From positions 87,172,001-87,236,000 of the forward strand of contig NC_043004.1 in NCBI RefSeq assembly GCF_006345805.1: a stretch of 64,000 bases of DNA. The letters are read 5' to 3'. Every line of letters starts with the position of its first letter. Within the stretch, counting starts at the first letter, position 1. Shown one piece after another: positions 51,229 to 64,000 of this stretch. The stretch is from Octopus sinensis. Taxonomy: Eukaryota. The notes under the pieces were generated by a model. The model was not told the origin of the DNA, made no database searches, and saw only the letters and a list, made by a program, of their open reading frames with translations. Made by a program: the position numbers and the translations under genes.

Positions 51229-52984
51229 TGTATATAAAACAAATATATGTATTTGTGGTACCTGATGACAAACAAATTAAACTGCTGAACTGACACTTAT
51301 TGAGCATCCACAGTTGGAGCAGTAATTCAGACAAGTGAAAACCTGTGTCTTCTGCAGGGCCAGCATGACTTCTTCTTTTCTTTGTTCTGGATGTTTCAGG
51401 ATCCAATCTGCCTGTTGTCTGTATGTTACTATCTTAGTAATATATGTGTTAAAGGATATATGTACACATATGCACATATATATATATGCAGATATAAATA
51501 CACACACAGACACACATATTAGATTAGTTTCCTCATCTTAGTTATTATAGTCACAAAGTTTTGGCTGATGTGCCCTTCCAGCCTTTCTTCAAGTGCTTGT
51601 TGCATACAGTAACATTAAGAGAATTTCAGACTAAGCCCTTTACTCAGACTTTTTATGCTATCAGTTAATGTAAAAAATAAACACATCTCTTTCAGAACTT
51701 TCTTTTAATAAAACTGTACCGGCATTGCTCAATACTGCAATGAACTATTCATATTAATTACTTGTCATTTTTAAAATAAATTTTGTTGAATTTTTAAAAA
51801 ATTTTCTATCTGTCAAGGAAATTTTTGCCAGAGAAATTGTTAACACCTGTTCCATAATTTAGTACAAATTCAAACTGTTATTTAGAACCGTCTGAGTTAT
51901 CCTTTTGAATTGGTTTATTATAAACTAGCTTATCTGGACTGTATCTTACTGCACATGTCAAGCAAAATTATTTCTCAACTAGACACTGCAATACACCAAT
52001 ATCTGATAAAAAGATTATTCTGCAGCCTTAGAATTATTTTGACAATATATATATATAACTAATGATCAAGGTTAAGGGTGTAACATTCAAACTTTTCACT
52101 AAATATAGTAAATCTTCCTCTTATCTGAATGAAAAGCTCTTAACTTTTCTGTGTAGGTCACTGATCATTATTTATTCTCAACATTAAACCTATTTGTCCT
52201 CCTGCTTGGCTGTCAGAATCCAACTTTGAGAATATTCATGTGAAGGAGTATTATTTTTCAATTCTTTCAATTTTTCTTTTCAATTTAGTTCAGAACACTG
52301 AACATATCATTATATTCTGAACAAGGTTTAGACCTCATTAGGTATCTCAAGCCAAAAATATAGAATAAGGATTTTTTTAAAGTTTTTTTTTTTTTTCAAA
52401 ATGTAATAGAATGGCTAGATATCTTTAGAATCTTTAGAATGAGCTCTGTTTTAGTTTGGTAACTAAAAGCTTCATAAAACAGTTAATTTTTCCCATCTAT
52501 TTTAGTAATCGTGATAGCCAATGGAAGATATTTTCTGAATGGTCAATAAATTGATATGGCAACAGTAATAAAGAATATTAGCATGATTGTATACTCTCTC
52601 TTAAGTGCATCCGATTATCATTGTTATTATAACTATAGTCACCATGACTATTATTATTAGAACCACCACAAGGAACAATGAATGGTAGACTAAATGCCTT
52701 GAATTGTTTAATTACATTTTTTTTTTTTCATTCTATGTTTTAAAATCTTCTTTTCAGCTTCTAGGATTTATAAAGTAATTATCTGTAATGTACCAGTAAT
52801 TATAGAATGTTTTGTCAACTATAACCCTATCTACAAATTGGTGACCTTGTGCCAAAGTTATAAAAGCATATTATACTTACCACTAACAAATTTAATTGTT
52901 GTGATGGCCAGTTGTTGACATTAATTTTACCAAAATCTAAGTTGTACAAATTTCATTAATTATCAATTACCACTTTCCTTGCAG

Positions 52985-53209
52985 ATGGCATCAGCAAATG
53001 ACTCCAAGTGGCAAAAAGATGCAGCAGACCAGAACTTTGACTACATGTTCAAATTGCTCATTATTGGCAACAGTAGTGTTGGAAAAACTTCCTTTTTATT
53101 CCGATATGCTGATGACTCGTTCACATCTGCTTTTGTAAGCACAGTTGGAATAGATTTTAAAGTCAAGACAGTCTTCAGACAAGATAAACGGGTAAAGCTA
53201 CAGATATGG
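52985..53209 (+). CDS. Rab3: Ras-related protein Rab-3, first coding exon (aa 1-75); remaining exons lie beyond the window
   Basis: [75 protein letters not shown]: Rab3-diagnostic P-loop GNSSVGKT and switch [10 protein letters not shown]. Acceptor CACTTTCCTTGCAG directly before ATG; phase-0 donor TGG|GTGAGT. Confidence 0.98.
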
Positions 53210-53763
53210 GTGAGTATGATTTAATCAACTTTTATTCTTCTCTTTATGCTTTTTTTTTAACTCAAAACAGAAGTTAATTCCTTTTTGGAAGGGATATTGT
53301 CTTTAGAATTTCAAATATCTTAATTATTCCTTTCTTTTTGTCATTAAAAATACTGTGATTGGTGATTAAAGTTTGCTTTATTTTATTTATTTTATTATTA
53401 AACTCACTGTATTTACTTGTGTAGAAATCACACTGTTTTATACTTGGTCTTAGCTGAAAAATCTGGAGTATGACTTATACATGGGGCAAAGCTGATATCA
53501 AGTTTGAGTATGAGAGGGGAAAAATTTTGTATCATGACAAATGCAACTTATATGCAAGGTACAATGATAAATATAAGTTCAAACATTGCTTATTAGTTCT
53601 TAATTTATTCTTTTTAAAAATGATGGGTTTCATTTTTATTTCAATTTGTGAAAATCCATCCATGAAGTTTGACTTTTTTTCTTACTTTTTATATTGTCTA
53701 AAACTTGTTAAATTTACTTGAAAAAACATTAAAGCTCCTACAGAACATTTTCAAATTATACTT

Positions 53764-53957
53764 TTAACATTCAGATTACCCTGTCAAATGTAATGCTTAT
53801 TTATTTGCATTGTTTTGAATTTGAGATTTCAATGACACGATTGTCTATTTTCAGAATGACATTGTAGGGTAGATGCAAGAGGTTGAGTGTGGCTGGTTTG
53901 AACTTGAAATAAGATACAATATTTGAGCTGGATATGGCTGGTTTAAATGCTAAAGGG
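53764..53957. mobile_element. Degenerate MITE, possibly piggyBac-like
   Basis: Ends TTTAACATT... / ...AATGCTAAAGGG form an imperfect TIR with a CCC/GGG-type terminus on the right; TTAA site not intact. Confidence 0.4.
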
Positions 53958-54450
53958 ATGGTTTTATTCATTTTCCCCTCATCCCTGCTAGAATCACTGA
54001 TAATAATATATAATAGTCAACAAAAAGTAGTTATAACAAACAGCTGTTATAATGTGGGAGAAAAAAACCATCACACAAATACATTGTATTTGATGTCTTC
54101 GGGTGAAATACTGTAGTTGTTAGCTAACATGTGTTATCTTCAGTCAATTGACCATGTCCATGATTTTCATCATTGAACATTTGCCAACACAAAACATTGT
54201 AGATTATAGATAAAACATGCATTTGTTTAATCCTATTTTTTTTTCTCCTGAATTGAAGCCAAGTGTTCTGAGATGGTGTTTCTATGATATTGGCTTGGTG
54301 GCTTGTTTCAGGAATCTGCAACAATGAAGCTAAAGAGATTGTCTTATACTGTTAACATGGAACTGAAGATAACTTCTCCACAAATTGCTCTACCTATAAT
54401 TGGGTGCTTCAAGTAAATCATCTATGCAGATATCTATATCTATCTATATA

Positions 54451-54494
<44 letters not shown>

Positions 54495-57400
54495 TCCTTA
54501 CTATATCCCTAAATGTAACCCTTAACATGCCATATTGTAATTTCATGAAACTGGCTTCTCCAGTCATGTCAAATACGTGATTAACAACTCAAAGAGAACA
54601 AAAGGAGGAAAGATGATGGAAAAATGAGAAGCAGCTCCATACAGCTACCTCCACCTCATTTTACTCAGCTTGTAGCACTGACCCATTTCAGCTTTGTATC
54701 TATTAAGATGAAACATCCCTAATATCACTAAATGTGTATTCTTTTGTCGAGTCAGCTATCAATTATTATCAGCACGATTGTAAAATTGATCTTTCATAGA
54801 TTTTGTTCATTGAGCAACTGTGTGATTAGGTTTTCTATTTGTTGCTCTATACAAATAACTCTTCATTTTACCTTTTTTTTTTTCATTTTGCACCCTCAGT
54901 GACCAGACAATATTACTTCTTACAAAATAGAGGTAAGCCTAATAACAAATAAGGATCAAATATGAATAACCTTGATGGCAGAGTGGGCCATGCAATATTA
55001 TTGATATTAGTTATGTTGGAAGTGAAAATGGTTATGATGATGATAAAGAGGAGGATAGCCTTGAGATTAATGATCACTTAGTGATCCAAGTGATAATGAC
55101 TTCATTACTATCAAAACCACTTTTCCCTATCACATGGTGGTAGAGAAAAGTGGTCTTGGTAATAAGGCATTTAGCTTTTTAGTTATTTTTCTCTCAAGTA
55201 TGAAATCAGTGTACTTGATCCAATAGAAATACCCATCATATATTAGTAATTGTTGATTATTCAGCAATGATGATCTCATTAAATGAATATAATTCATTGA
55301 CAGACACTGCTGGATTTCATAAATTAGTAGTTGTGTTAATCCTGAATTATGAGCTTAATCCATAATAATGTCTTACTGTGTGATTGTCCTACTCACAAAC
55401 AACTATTCATACTGTTATAGCACCACTCTTTTAAAGGACCTTCAAAAGGGAATTGTTTACAGTATATCAAATATCAAATGGCTACTATAAACTTCTTAGT
55501 GTCATAATCCAGACCATTAGGTATTCTTCCATTTATGTTTTATTCAATTGCTGTTGAACAAAATTATATCATACTTAAGTTGATAATCTTCAGAGTAATT
55601 ATGTAATTATATCTAAATTTGAAGTTATAATATGTTCTTCTTTAATTGGTTCGTATATTATTACATAGTCAACTCTTAATGGTCAAGTAAAATAAAGTTT
55701 TGCTGTCCTTGCTTTCAACAACTGAAATATAGTCACAACATTCAGATTATAAATATATTCTCTCTAACTCTCTTAAATATTAACAGAAGTGGTTGAAAAT
55801 AGAGGGGACTTAATAGTTAAATACTAAAATGCCAAGGTTATTTTTATATGGGTAAATGACTTAAAATTCTGAGTTAATATTTAGCAACAATTGATAGCTT
55901 CTCAACCTCTGGCTTTTCAAAATCACAATTAATAATGTTCCTAAAAAATAAAGAATCATATGATGGATTTGTGAATTACTACTACCCATGCATTGACTAT
56001 TTGTCTTGTATAGGTTTGTTTAATTACAAAAAGTGCTTTCATAAAATATATATGGCATGAAAAAAACCACCCAGTACACTGTAAAGTGGTTGGTGTTAGG
56101 AAGGGCATCCAGCTTTAGAAACCATGCCAAAACTGACATTGGAGCTTGATGGAACCATGGGATTGTTTAGGATCCTGTCAAACCATCCAACTCATGCCAG
56201 CATGAAAAATGGATGTTAAATGATGATGATGATGATTTTGATATATCCACCTCATATTACAACAGATACATATTCATTAACAACACAATAGCACACTTAA
56301 AAAAAAGATTTTATATGAACTTTTATGATACCAGTGTATATATGTGTGGAGTTTTTCCTGAACATAACATATCTATTGATCCTGTTATCTTTGAAATTAA
56401 TTTCAGCTGTTGTTTATTGCTATGAAATATTTTATTTTGTTTTCTAATAAAACTATTTGTTAATTTCTTCCAAAAAACTGGTCATTTGCCACAACTGAAA
56501 TATCAGGGAATATATATACCATCATCATCATCATTTTATGTCTACTCTTCCTGCTGGCATGGGTTGGATGGGTTGTCACAGTTCAAATCAGTTCTTATTC
56601 AGAGTAACTACCTTTCTAGATTGATCATACAATCTTACTCTCATACATTTAATTTTTATCTTAGTTTCTATAGCTGCATACCCTTCCAATCTACAACCTC
56701 TTTACATAGTGAACTGGAAATATATAAACACAAAATTATACCTGTATTGTATTGTAAGGAGATAGAACAAAATTTCGCTCCTATCGTTAATGACAATAGC
56801 TACAATAATTATAAAACCATTATAAACATTATAAGGGACTGTGATGAGGGTTGAATGTGTGCAATTATTTGTCTACATTTTCAAGGTTTAGACAATTAAT
56901 GTTTTGTATAAAAGTAGCCATAGCTGTAGTTACGCTTGTGTTACCAGAAAGACCTGTTCATAAGAGTTCATAAAAACAAAAGTATTTATTGAAAAGAAGG
57001 GTATAATCAATTTCAATATCGATGAAACACTGACTGCACTGCCATTGATGTGCTCCCTTTTCTTTTTTTCTTGTTTTCCAATCATCCTGCAATTCAAGTT
57101 GTTGTACTAACAAACCACACTCTCTTGTTCTGTGGTTGCTCAGTTGTTTTCTCAAATCTAGATCACATTCTCTCCAATATCTGCTGATAGAGAAAATGAT
57201 ATTTCATCAATTATTTGATTTGCTCTAGTGTTTTAAAATGCCCTTCACTATCTGCACATCTCTTGGCTGAAATGTGGTGTGATTCTAAGCTTCTACTGCC
57301 TTATCAACTGTTGCACCATTTCAGCTTTTACTTACAGTACAGAGAGAATGGAAGTTAACATTATTGATTTCTCTCTCATCATGAGTTAGATATCATATAA

Positions 57401-57699
57401 TAAATAAAAAAAAGCATATAGCAATAACAATTTTGTTCTGACTATAAGGCTATAACTGTAAAGTTATGTGCTGACCAACTTTGCTAGTTTTGCTATATGA
57501 ATAAATTCACTTTCAAATCTGCATAATTAGAATCATTGCTACGAAGCCACCAATCTATTAGTTTATTATATGTCAGACTGCCACTTCTCTATAAAATTAG
57601 TAATTAGTAGTCCAACACTGTGGCTATCCTGCTCAGAGGTTTACAAGAATAAACACACACATACATATTAAACGAAAATATTACTACTCATGTTTGAAA

Positions 57700-58340
57700 C
57701 AGAATTGAAGAAATATTTATAAACACATACCCTACAAACTCTACCTCCATAAAACACAAAGGTTAAAATTTCTACATATTAATCATATTGCTTATAGAAC
57801 AATGAACACCTAGAGAGAAACATATAGACCAACAACCTTTACAATTACCCATATCCTTTTGTAAACATCAAAGCAAAAGATGAACACATTTCTATATCAT
57901 CAACACCATGATATGCCAGACTAATAACCCCCACCTTCCAAATACAAACTGGAAATACTCTTAATAACCACAACAAGTAAAGAAACTGACCAGCTAAAAC
58001 ATACAACCTACTTACATTCTTTTGTGAACCCCTAAAAAATTCTATTACAAAAGTTGACTCACCTAATTATTAAGTTTTTAAAAACTGGACTAAACTTTGA
58101 ATATTTAACCTTTACACTGTCAAAGAAAAGGATTAGCTCCAATAAAACCAGAAATAACAAAAACAAATGGCACATCCTATGCCTGCCTACCAAAAGGGAC
58201 ACACCTGCTTACAAAATTCTACATGAATACATTCTAAACAATAACGTAACCCCAACTTTAGTCAATAAAAATTTTTCCATAACACCTCTCCATATCAAGC
58301 TACCCTAAAACCTAATTACCAGTACACTCAAACCCACATA
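57700..58340 (+). mobile_element. Highly decayed retroelement ORF, possibly Penelope-like RT thumb/linker
   Basis: Strong A/C strand skew; manual frames give PYKLYLHKTQRLKFLHI, TNNLYNYPYPFVNIK...SSTP*YARLIT and KWHILCLP...AYKILHEY, loosely resembling the PLE FLD-x / Y-x-H-P / RYxR / LPY motif order. Confidence 0.35.
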
Positions 58341-61300
58341 TCGAAGGTAGATTTTAACATAATAAAAACTATATGAAGCCAAGATTAACTCCAATGCAGC
58401 ACTGTCAATAATATTCTTGTTTAAGTATAATGAATTTGTACTTTACTAAAGTTTGGAATAAGCCATCAGATGAATGTAAAATTGTTTTTATTATAACAAC
58501 ATAAAAACATATATATCTATAAACACACACATGCATGGATTAAGAAGCTGATTCATGAAGATAACAAATTTTTTGAATACTAGAGGTGTTTTATACCAGC
58601 TAGGGCTGATCTAGGGCTGACCTTCATTAGTTATTTTGTAAGTTTATTAAAACAGTAATTCAAAAGATAGATAAATTATGCTTTCAAGTTTTTAAAAAAA
58701 TATTTCAAACTCTTGAGAAACCTCTGCTATGAAATGAAAACAAAATTAAATTAGAATAGAATTTGAGTTAAAAAGTTGTATTTTTAGATAAAACTTATAG
58801 GATAAAACTTATTAACATTTATTACAAAGGCATACATGTTGCAGCTTCCCATTTTCCTAATCTTAAAATATCTCCAGTGTCCTATCTCTGGAAGAAACAA
58901 CTGTTATTAAAATTAGGATGGTAGATTTGATGCAACCCTAAGCAAGTTGTATTAGAAGCTTTTATTAATATTTTTATCTTTTACTTGTTTCAGTCATTGG
59001 ACTGCAACCATGCTGGGGCACACCACCTATATATATATATATATTATATATATATATATATATAGACATATAATAATTTATGTATATATAATAAATATAT
59101 AAAGAATACTTCAGTAGCATCTTTTGAAGTTCCTACTTTTCTCAAATATAAAATTATAGACTGAGGTTAGGTACAATCTTATCTTTGGCAATGTCATATG
59201 ATAAAAAAACATTTGCTCTATTTAATCTCTCTCTCTCTCTCTTTCTCCCCTTCTCTCCCATATTTACACACATGCGCATTGAAAACAGAGATCACAAGAT
59301 CACAACCAGTTATAGATCTAAAACCAGTGTTGCTATTGATTTTGACTTCCTTGGCTTAAATTTCTTTCTCTATGGCAACAGCAGAACACTCTCACATTTT
59401 AAGACCTCCTATATACTCTACACAAACCAATCCAATAAAATCTGGTTGTTGGTTACTAACATTACAATGTGTTTTTTTTTTATGTTACTGAGTTGTAAAA
59501 TCACCTCCAAAATGGCTTCTTTATTAAACCATGTTTGCATAACAATATATCATGAGATTAACTACTGTTGCCAGCTCATTTCATTTAACCCTTTCACTGC
59601 AATTAAATCAGATACATCCACTTAAAATTTCATTACCCTTAACTGCAGAGAGCACTTTTAATACCAATCTATCTTTTGTTAAAACATGTCAAATTTTTAG
59701 TCACAAGGTTTTGGTTGACCTGAGGTTATGGTAGAAAACACTTATTCAGCTGTGCCATGCAGTGAGATTAAGCCCCAAAACCACATACTTATGAAGTAAA
59801 CTTCTGAGCTGCATAGCTTTCGGGCTCCCCAGACCCCAGTTGAACCGTCCAACCCATGCTAGCATGGAAAGCGGACATTAAACGATGATGATGATGATAT
59901 TTAACATCATTACTGGAACAATCATGAAATTTATTTTTACAGTTAAAGGATTAAGACGAAGCAAATTGCTCTTCTTCAAGCAATGAAGCTGAAAATATCA
60001 GTCTCACTTCATGCTTTCTCTCCCCATTCAATTTTTAATTAGTTTGTGTTTTGAAATTTTTTCCTCTTGCTGTTCTTAACGAGAATTAATCATTAAAAAC
60101 TAATGATTTTTCTCTTCATTATGGGTGTAATTTTAATTAGTTAATTATGTTACCTTCACTTCTTAGTTCAAGATTAATGGTTTTGAGAGCATTCAAATTT
60201 GAAAAGCAATCTGATCTATACTGTTGTAAAAACGTTAACAGCAATGATAGCGGCAGCCTTTGTTAAGGACAATACTTTGTTGTTTTGTAAGGAAAAGAAT
60301 ATAGTCATCTGGATCCATTCCATTTCTTATTTTATTGATACTACCATATGGAATGAAAATAAATTAGAACCATGAGACACCACTGTCAATCCATATGTCA
60401 TGAAACATCTAAATGAATTTGGTAAAGACTGCATCAAATTTACTGTACAAAGAATTGTTTCTTTTGAAGACAAGATATTGGAAACATTTGAGAATTAAAC
60501 ACAGGAGAAGCATTTTTTATATAATAACTAATATTCATTAAGACTAATTTACAAGTAATTCAATTTTGTTTCCATTACATATTTTTAGAGGTTTCCTGAT
60601 TGTTTAAAATTATTAACTTGATCATATGTTGTATTAATCTTTCAAGTTATTGCTTTAATTAACTACCAGAATAATAGCTAATATAGGTTAATTCTAAATT
60701 ATATCAAGCATTTGTTCATATTCAACAAATTTGTTAATTCACACGAACTAACTTCTTAATCCATTAATTAGAAACATTTTTATTTATTATTTACTTCAAT
60801 ATTCACTTTTCTTTACCAACATGGATTAGCTGGTTATACAAATTTAAGCTTGTGCATGATCAAATTTTAAAATAATTTATCACTTAGTTGGAAGAGAAAA
60901 GGCAGCATTCACCTTATTTTTCAGGACCTCTGAGAACTGATGGGAGAAAGTAAGTCATCCTCAGGCTGGGGACTTAACCTAAATGCTTGCAACAGAGTGG
61001 ACTTCAGATCCATCCAAGATGAGAAATTACCTCTTCATTGCGCTTCTTTAAATTTCATTCACCAAGCTTTGGTTGATCTAAGATCATGGGAGAAAACACC
61101 CAGTGTACCACACAGTGAAATCAAACCCCAAATCACAAACTTCTGAACAATAAAATCATGCCTGCACCTGAGTTTTACACTTCAAAGGCTCAAAACAATA
61201 CCAAGATTCAGTGATTGATTAAAACCACTATAGCATCTCATTTCTTTTGGTGATATTATGTTGAAAAGTATATTCTTAGTAAGAATTAATAAATAATTAA

Positions 61301-64000
61301 CAAAAGAAACTGTATGATTAAGTGTCAAATTGATTAGCCTCTTTATTTCTCTACAAGAAACTTTACAAACAATAAAATTCAAGACCAAATGATAGTAAAT
61401 CCTCAGCAAGTGAGTAGTCTTGTAGTTTTAATGTTGAATTTTTTTTGACTCTCTATCAATTGGAACTTAAACAAAAAATGAAACAATTTACTTTTGGTAA
61501 ATATTAGGAAAATATAAACTAAGAATCTTGATCTCTGGCAAAGCTTTATTCCAAGAAATTTTCAGTTTAAAGGCAATTCTAGCTTCAATTCATATCAGGT
61601 ATCAAGCTCAATATTAAGTTAATGAAATAATATATATAAGGAGTTGAAAGGTCTACAGAGCTGCTTCACTGCTTGATGAGACATCAACTCCTGCATTTGA
61701 AGATGGAGTACTGTAGTACCCTCAGCACATAAGTGTTTACCCTAATATATACTATAAAAAGATTATTCCTACAATACGCATGTTCTTCCTGATATGACCA
61801 CCATCACCAATATCACTATTACCTTCCCTATTTTTACAGCCTAAAATCTAATGCTGAATTGTAAGATGAACAATTTACTGATAAATGGTCACATTCACCT
61901 TCCAACAAGACTGACTCTTAATGTTAAGATCTTAATTTCACATTTCTGAATTTCAAAAATAAATGACAAAACAGTTTGTTGTTCATATTTTCACATAGAT
62001 TTATTATCAGATAGTAAAAATCAGTTGTATTTGTTAATCAGTTAAAATGAAACCAGTGTTCTACTTTCTACTAGAAAGACCAAGAGAAGGATTTTAGTAC
62101 ATAAGCTTACATAGTCTCTATATTCAAAATCATTTGTACTGAAATGGTAGATAACCATTATTTATTTACTCCAAGAAATTTTGATGTTATTTTCTTAATT
62201 TATACAGTTTGGTATCTCAGGCTAGAGTTGACGACAGCTTTAACTATATTATTCTATTTCACTGATTTGCAGCTGGCCAAATCATTATGTATCCATCAAC
62301 TGAAATAAAAATCTGTTCAAAGGTCTTGAGTTCAAACCCACTGCAGGCATATCATTGTATGTTTAAAGCAGAACATTCAGTTTTACATTCTTAGGTATCA
62401 GGAATAGGTACCAAATCATCCAAGAATGTTATATGATAAACTAGCACTCTTATTCAGTGGATGGTTTGACTCTCCTCTGTTTAGCACTCTAAAGCAAAAG
62501 GTAAAGATGGGATCTTGAGGCTTTTATGGTTTGGAAGATAGTTATTTCCTAACAACTGAAGATTAAACATTTTTATGAAACCAGCTGTGCTTAAATAATT
62601 CTTTATTGTTAATGACCACCAATTCACTTAACTGTAAAATATCTACCATCAGTAGGTATAGGTTACTGCTGTAAGTAGCTGGAATACTGAAAAATTGTCA
62701 AGTAATTTATCATTTTGGGATGTTTTCATGAACAAAATCCAGTGAGTAAAACTTGCAGCAAATCAACATCTGTAGTAATGTTTATCTTTACATTTTATAA
62801 GACTTTATTTTTGCTTTGATTTTTTTTTTTTTTATATTTCAAAAATCACGTAAAAGAAATTATGCATTCTTTCTGGTAAAAATAACTTAAATACCCTAAA
62901 TTATTTTTTAAATATTGAAAACTAATAAATCTAATTTATTATGTAGATGAATTCAAAAATATTATTAATTTCAACAGCTAGATGCTGGCTGCTCTTCAGA
63001 GGCATAAATTCGCTTTCTGTTTGTTAAATGAAGTTAGCACCTGTACCTGATCAGCAATTTTCATTGACTGACCTTACATCATGAATCCTCTACCTAATTA
63101 AGGAGAGCAATTTTGCATCCTAAATTATTTTTTAAACTAAGAATTCTTCATGATGACCTGACTCCAAATTAACAATTTAAAACTTTTATATTATACTTCA
63201 TTTTTACATTTAGTTTGCAAGATTCTTGTTATGAATTTGTGTGTTGAAACAAATCTTGTATCTTGGAAGGGTTATTACACCAATAATAATAACACACTGC
63301 TCAATATCACTTCTGTATTGTTAGTCAATTGGTTAAATATCTAACTAATTGATCATTTATTTAATGCACTGGTTAAACAGTCAATCAGTTGTTTGTTGGT
63401 CAAAGTCCTTTTGTTTGCTCTTCATGACCTTCTCAATGGCTCACCTTCTCTCTCGATGATTGTATATAAACAAGTGTTAGGAAAGATTTTCTTCCCTTCT
63501 CAGACCATCAGTCCTAACAATAACATCCATAAACACATAATCATTACCATTAGTTTTTAGACATACTCTTAATTTATGCATACTCTTCCTTGAAATAGAA
63601 AAATTCTCACATCTACCTAAATTCTGGTTGAAAATATTGTTGCATAGTCATTTTAACAGATTGCTAATTCATTTCACTGGTAGCTGATCAAATGTTATTT
63701 CAGGCTCACAGACTATCAAGTCTGAAGAAACAGTAGTCATTGGACTAAATACCTTGCAATATTTAATTTTTTTCCTTTATGTTCTGAGTTGAGATACTTA
63801 TGGAACAAGCTTTGCATTTATCTCTCTCTAGGATCATGAAAACTGATAGCAAGGTCAATTTACTATATCTATTCTATACAAATTTGTAGCCTTGTCCCAT
63901 CATATCAAATTAATATTTCTTGATAATTTTTATGAAAAATATCGTAAATGCCCCATGGCAATTAAAATTTAAATTTCCTGAATTTTCTTAACAATTTTGA

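Noticed and set aside
51261-51352. CTGATGA...GAAAACCTGTGTC hammerhead-like spacing
   Set aside because: No convincing stem II closure or stem I pairing.
52979-53224. ORF-track boundaries MQ... and ...VSMI for Rab3
   Set aside because: The extra residues are intronic (TTG CAG acceptor; GTGAGT donor read-through).
55303-55314. GAC ACT GCT GGA (DTAG), the expected start of the next Rab3 exon
   Set aside because: Not preceded by an in-phase AG and continues FHKLVV rather than QERYRT; coincidence.

Overview
AT-rich, microsatellite- and retroelement-dense animal genomic DNA. The repeat landscape (RTE LINE with (GAT)n tail, tRNA-headed SINEs sharing that tail, compound (TA)n/(TATG)n tracts) suggests an octopus/coleoid cephalopod; this is inference. 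The only well-supported host coding sequence is the first coding exon of Rab3 (52985-53209, +), with candidate upstream 5'UTR exons ending near 26328, 39588 and 41153. The rest is a mariner relic, a tandemly duplicated SINE/RLE-LINE/MITE nest, RTE LINE copies, many SINEs, MITEs and simple repeats; most ORF-track entries are microsatellite artefacts. Two features stand out. (1) A set of fold-back elements carrying Penelope-type hammerhead ribozyme motifs (core CTGANGA...GAAACAGCTGTH): a ~2.2 kb nested inverted repeat with two complete hammerhead cores with an unusually long stem II, plus two palindromes that keep only the 3' hammerhead half on both arms. (2) Eight TGCATG (RBFOX-type) motifs, five phased at 29-bp multiples, just upstream of a candidate 31-nt Rab3 5'UTR microexon. 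All calls were made by eye; no search or folding was run.
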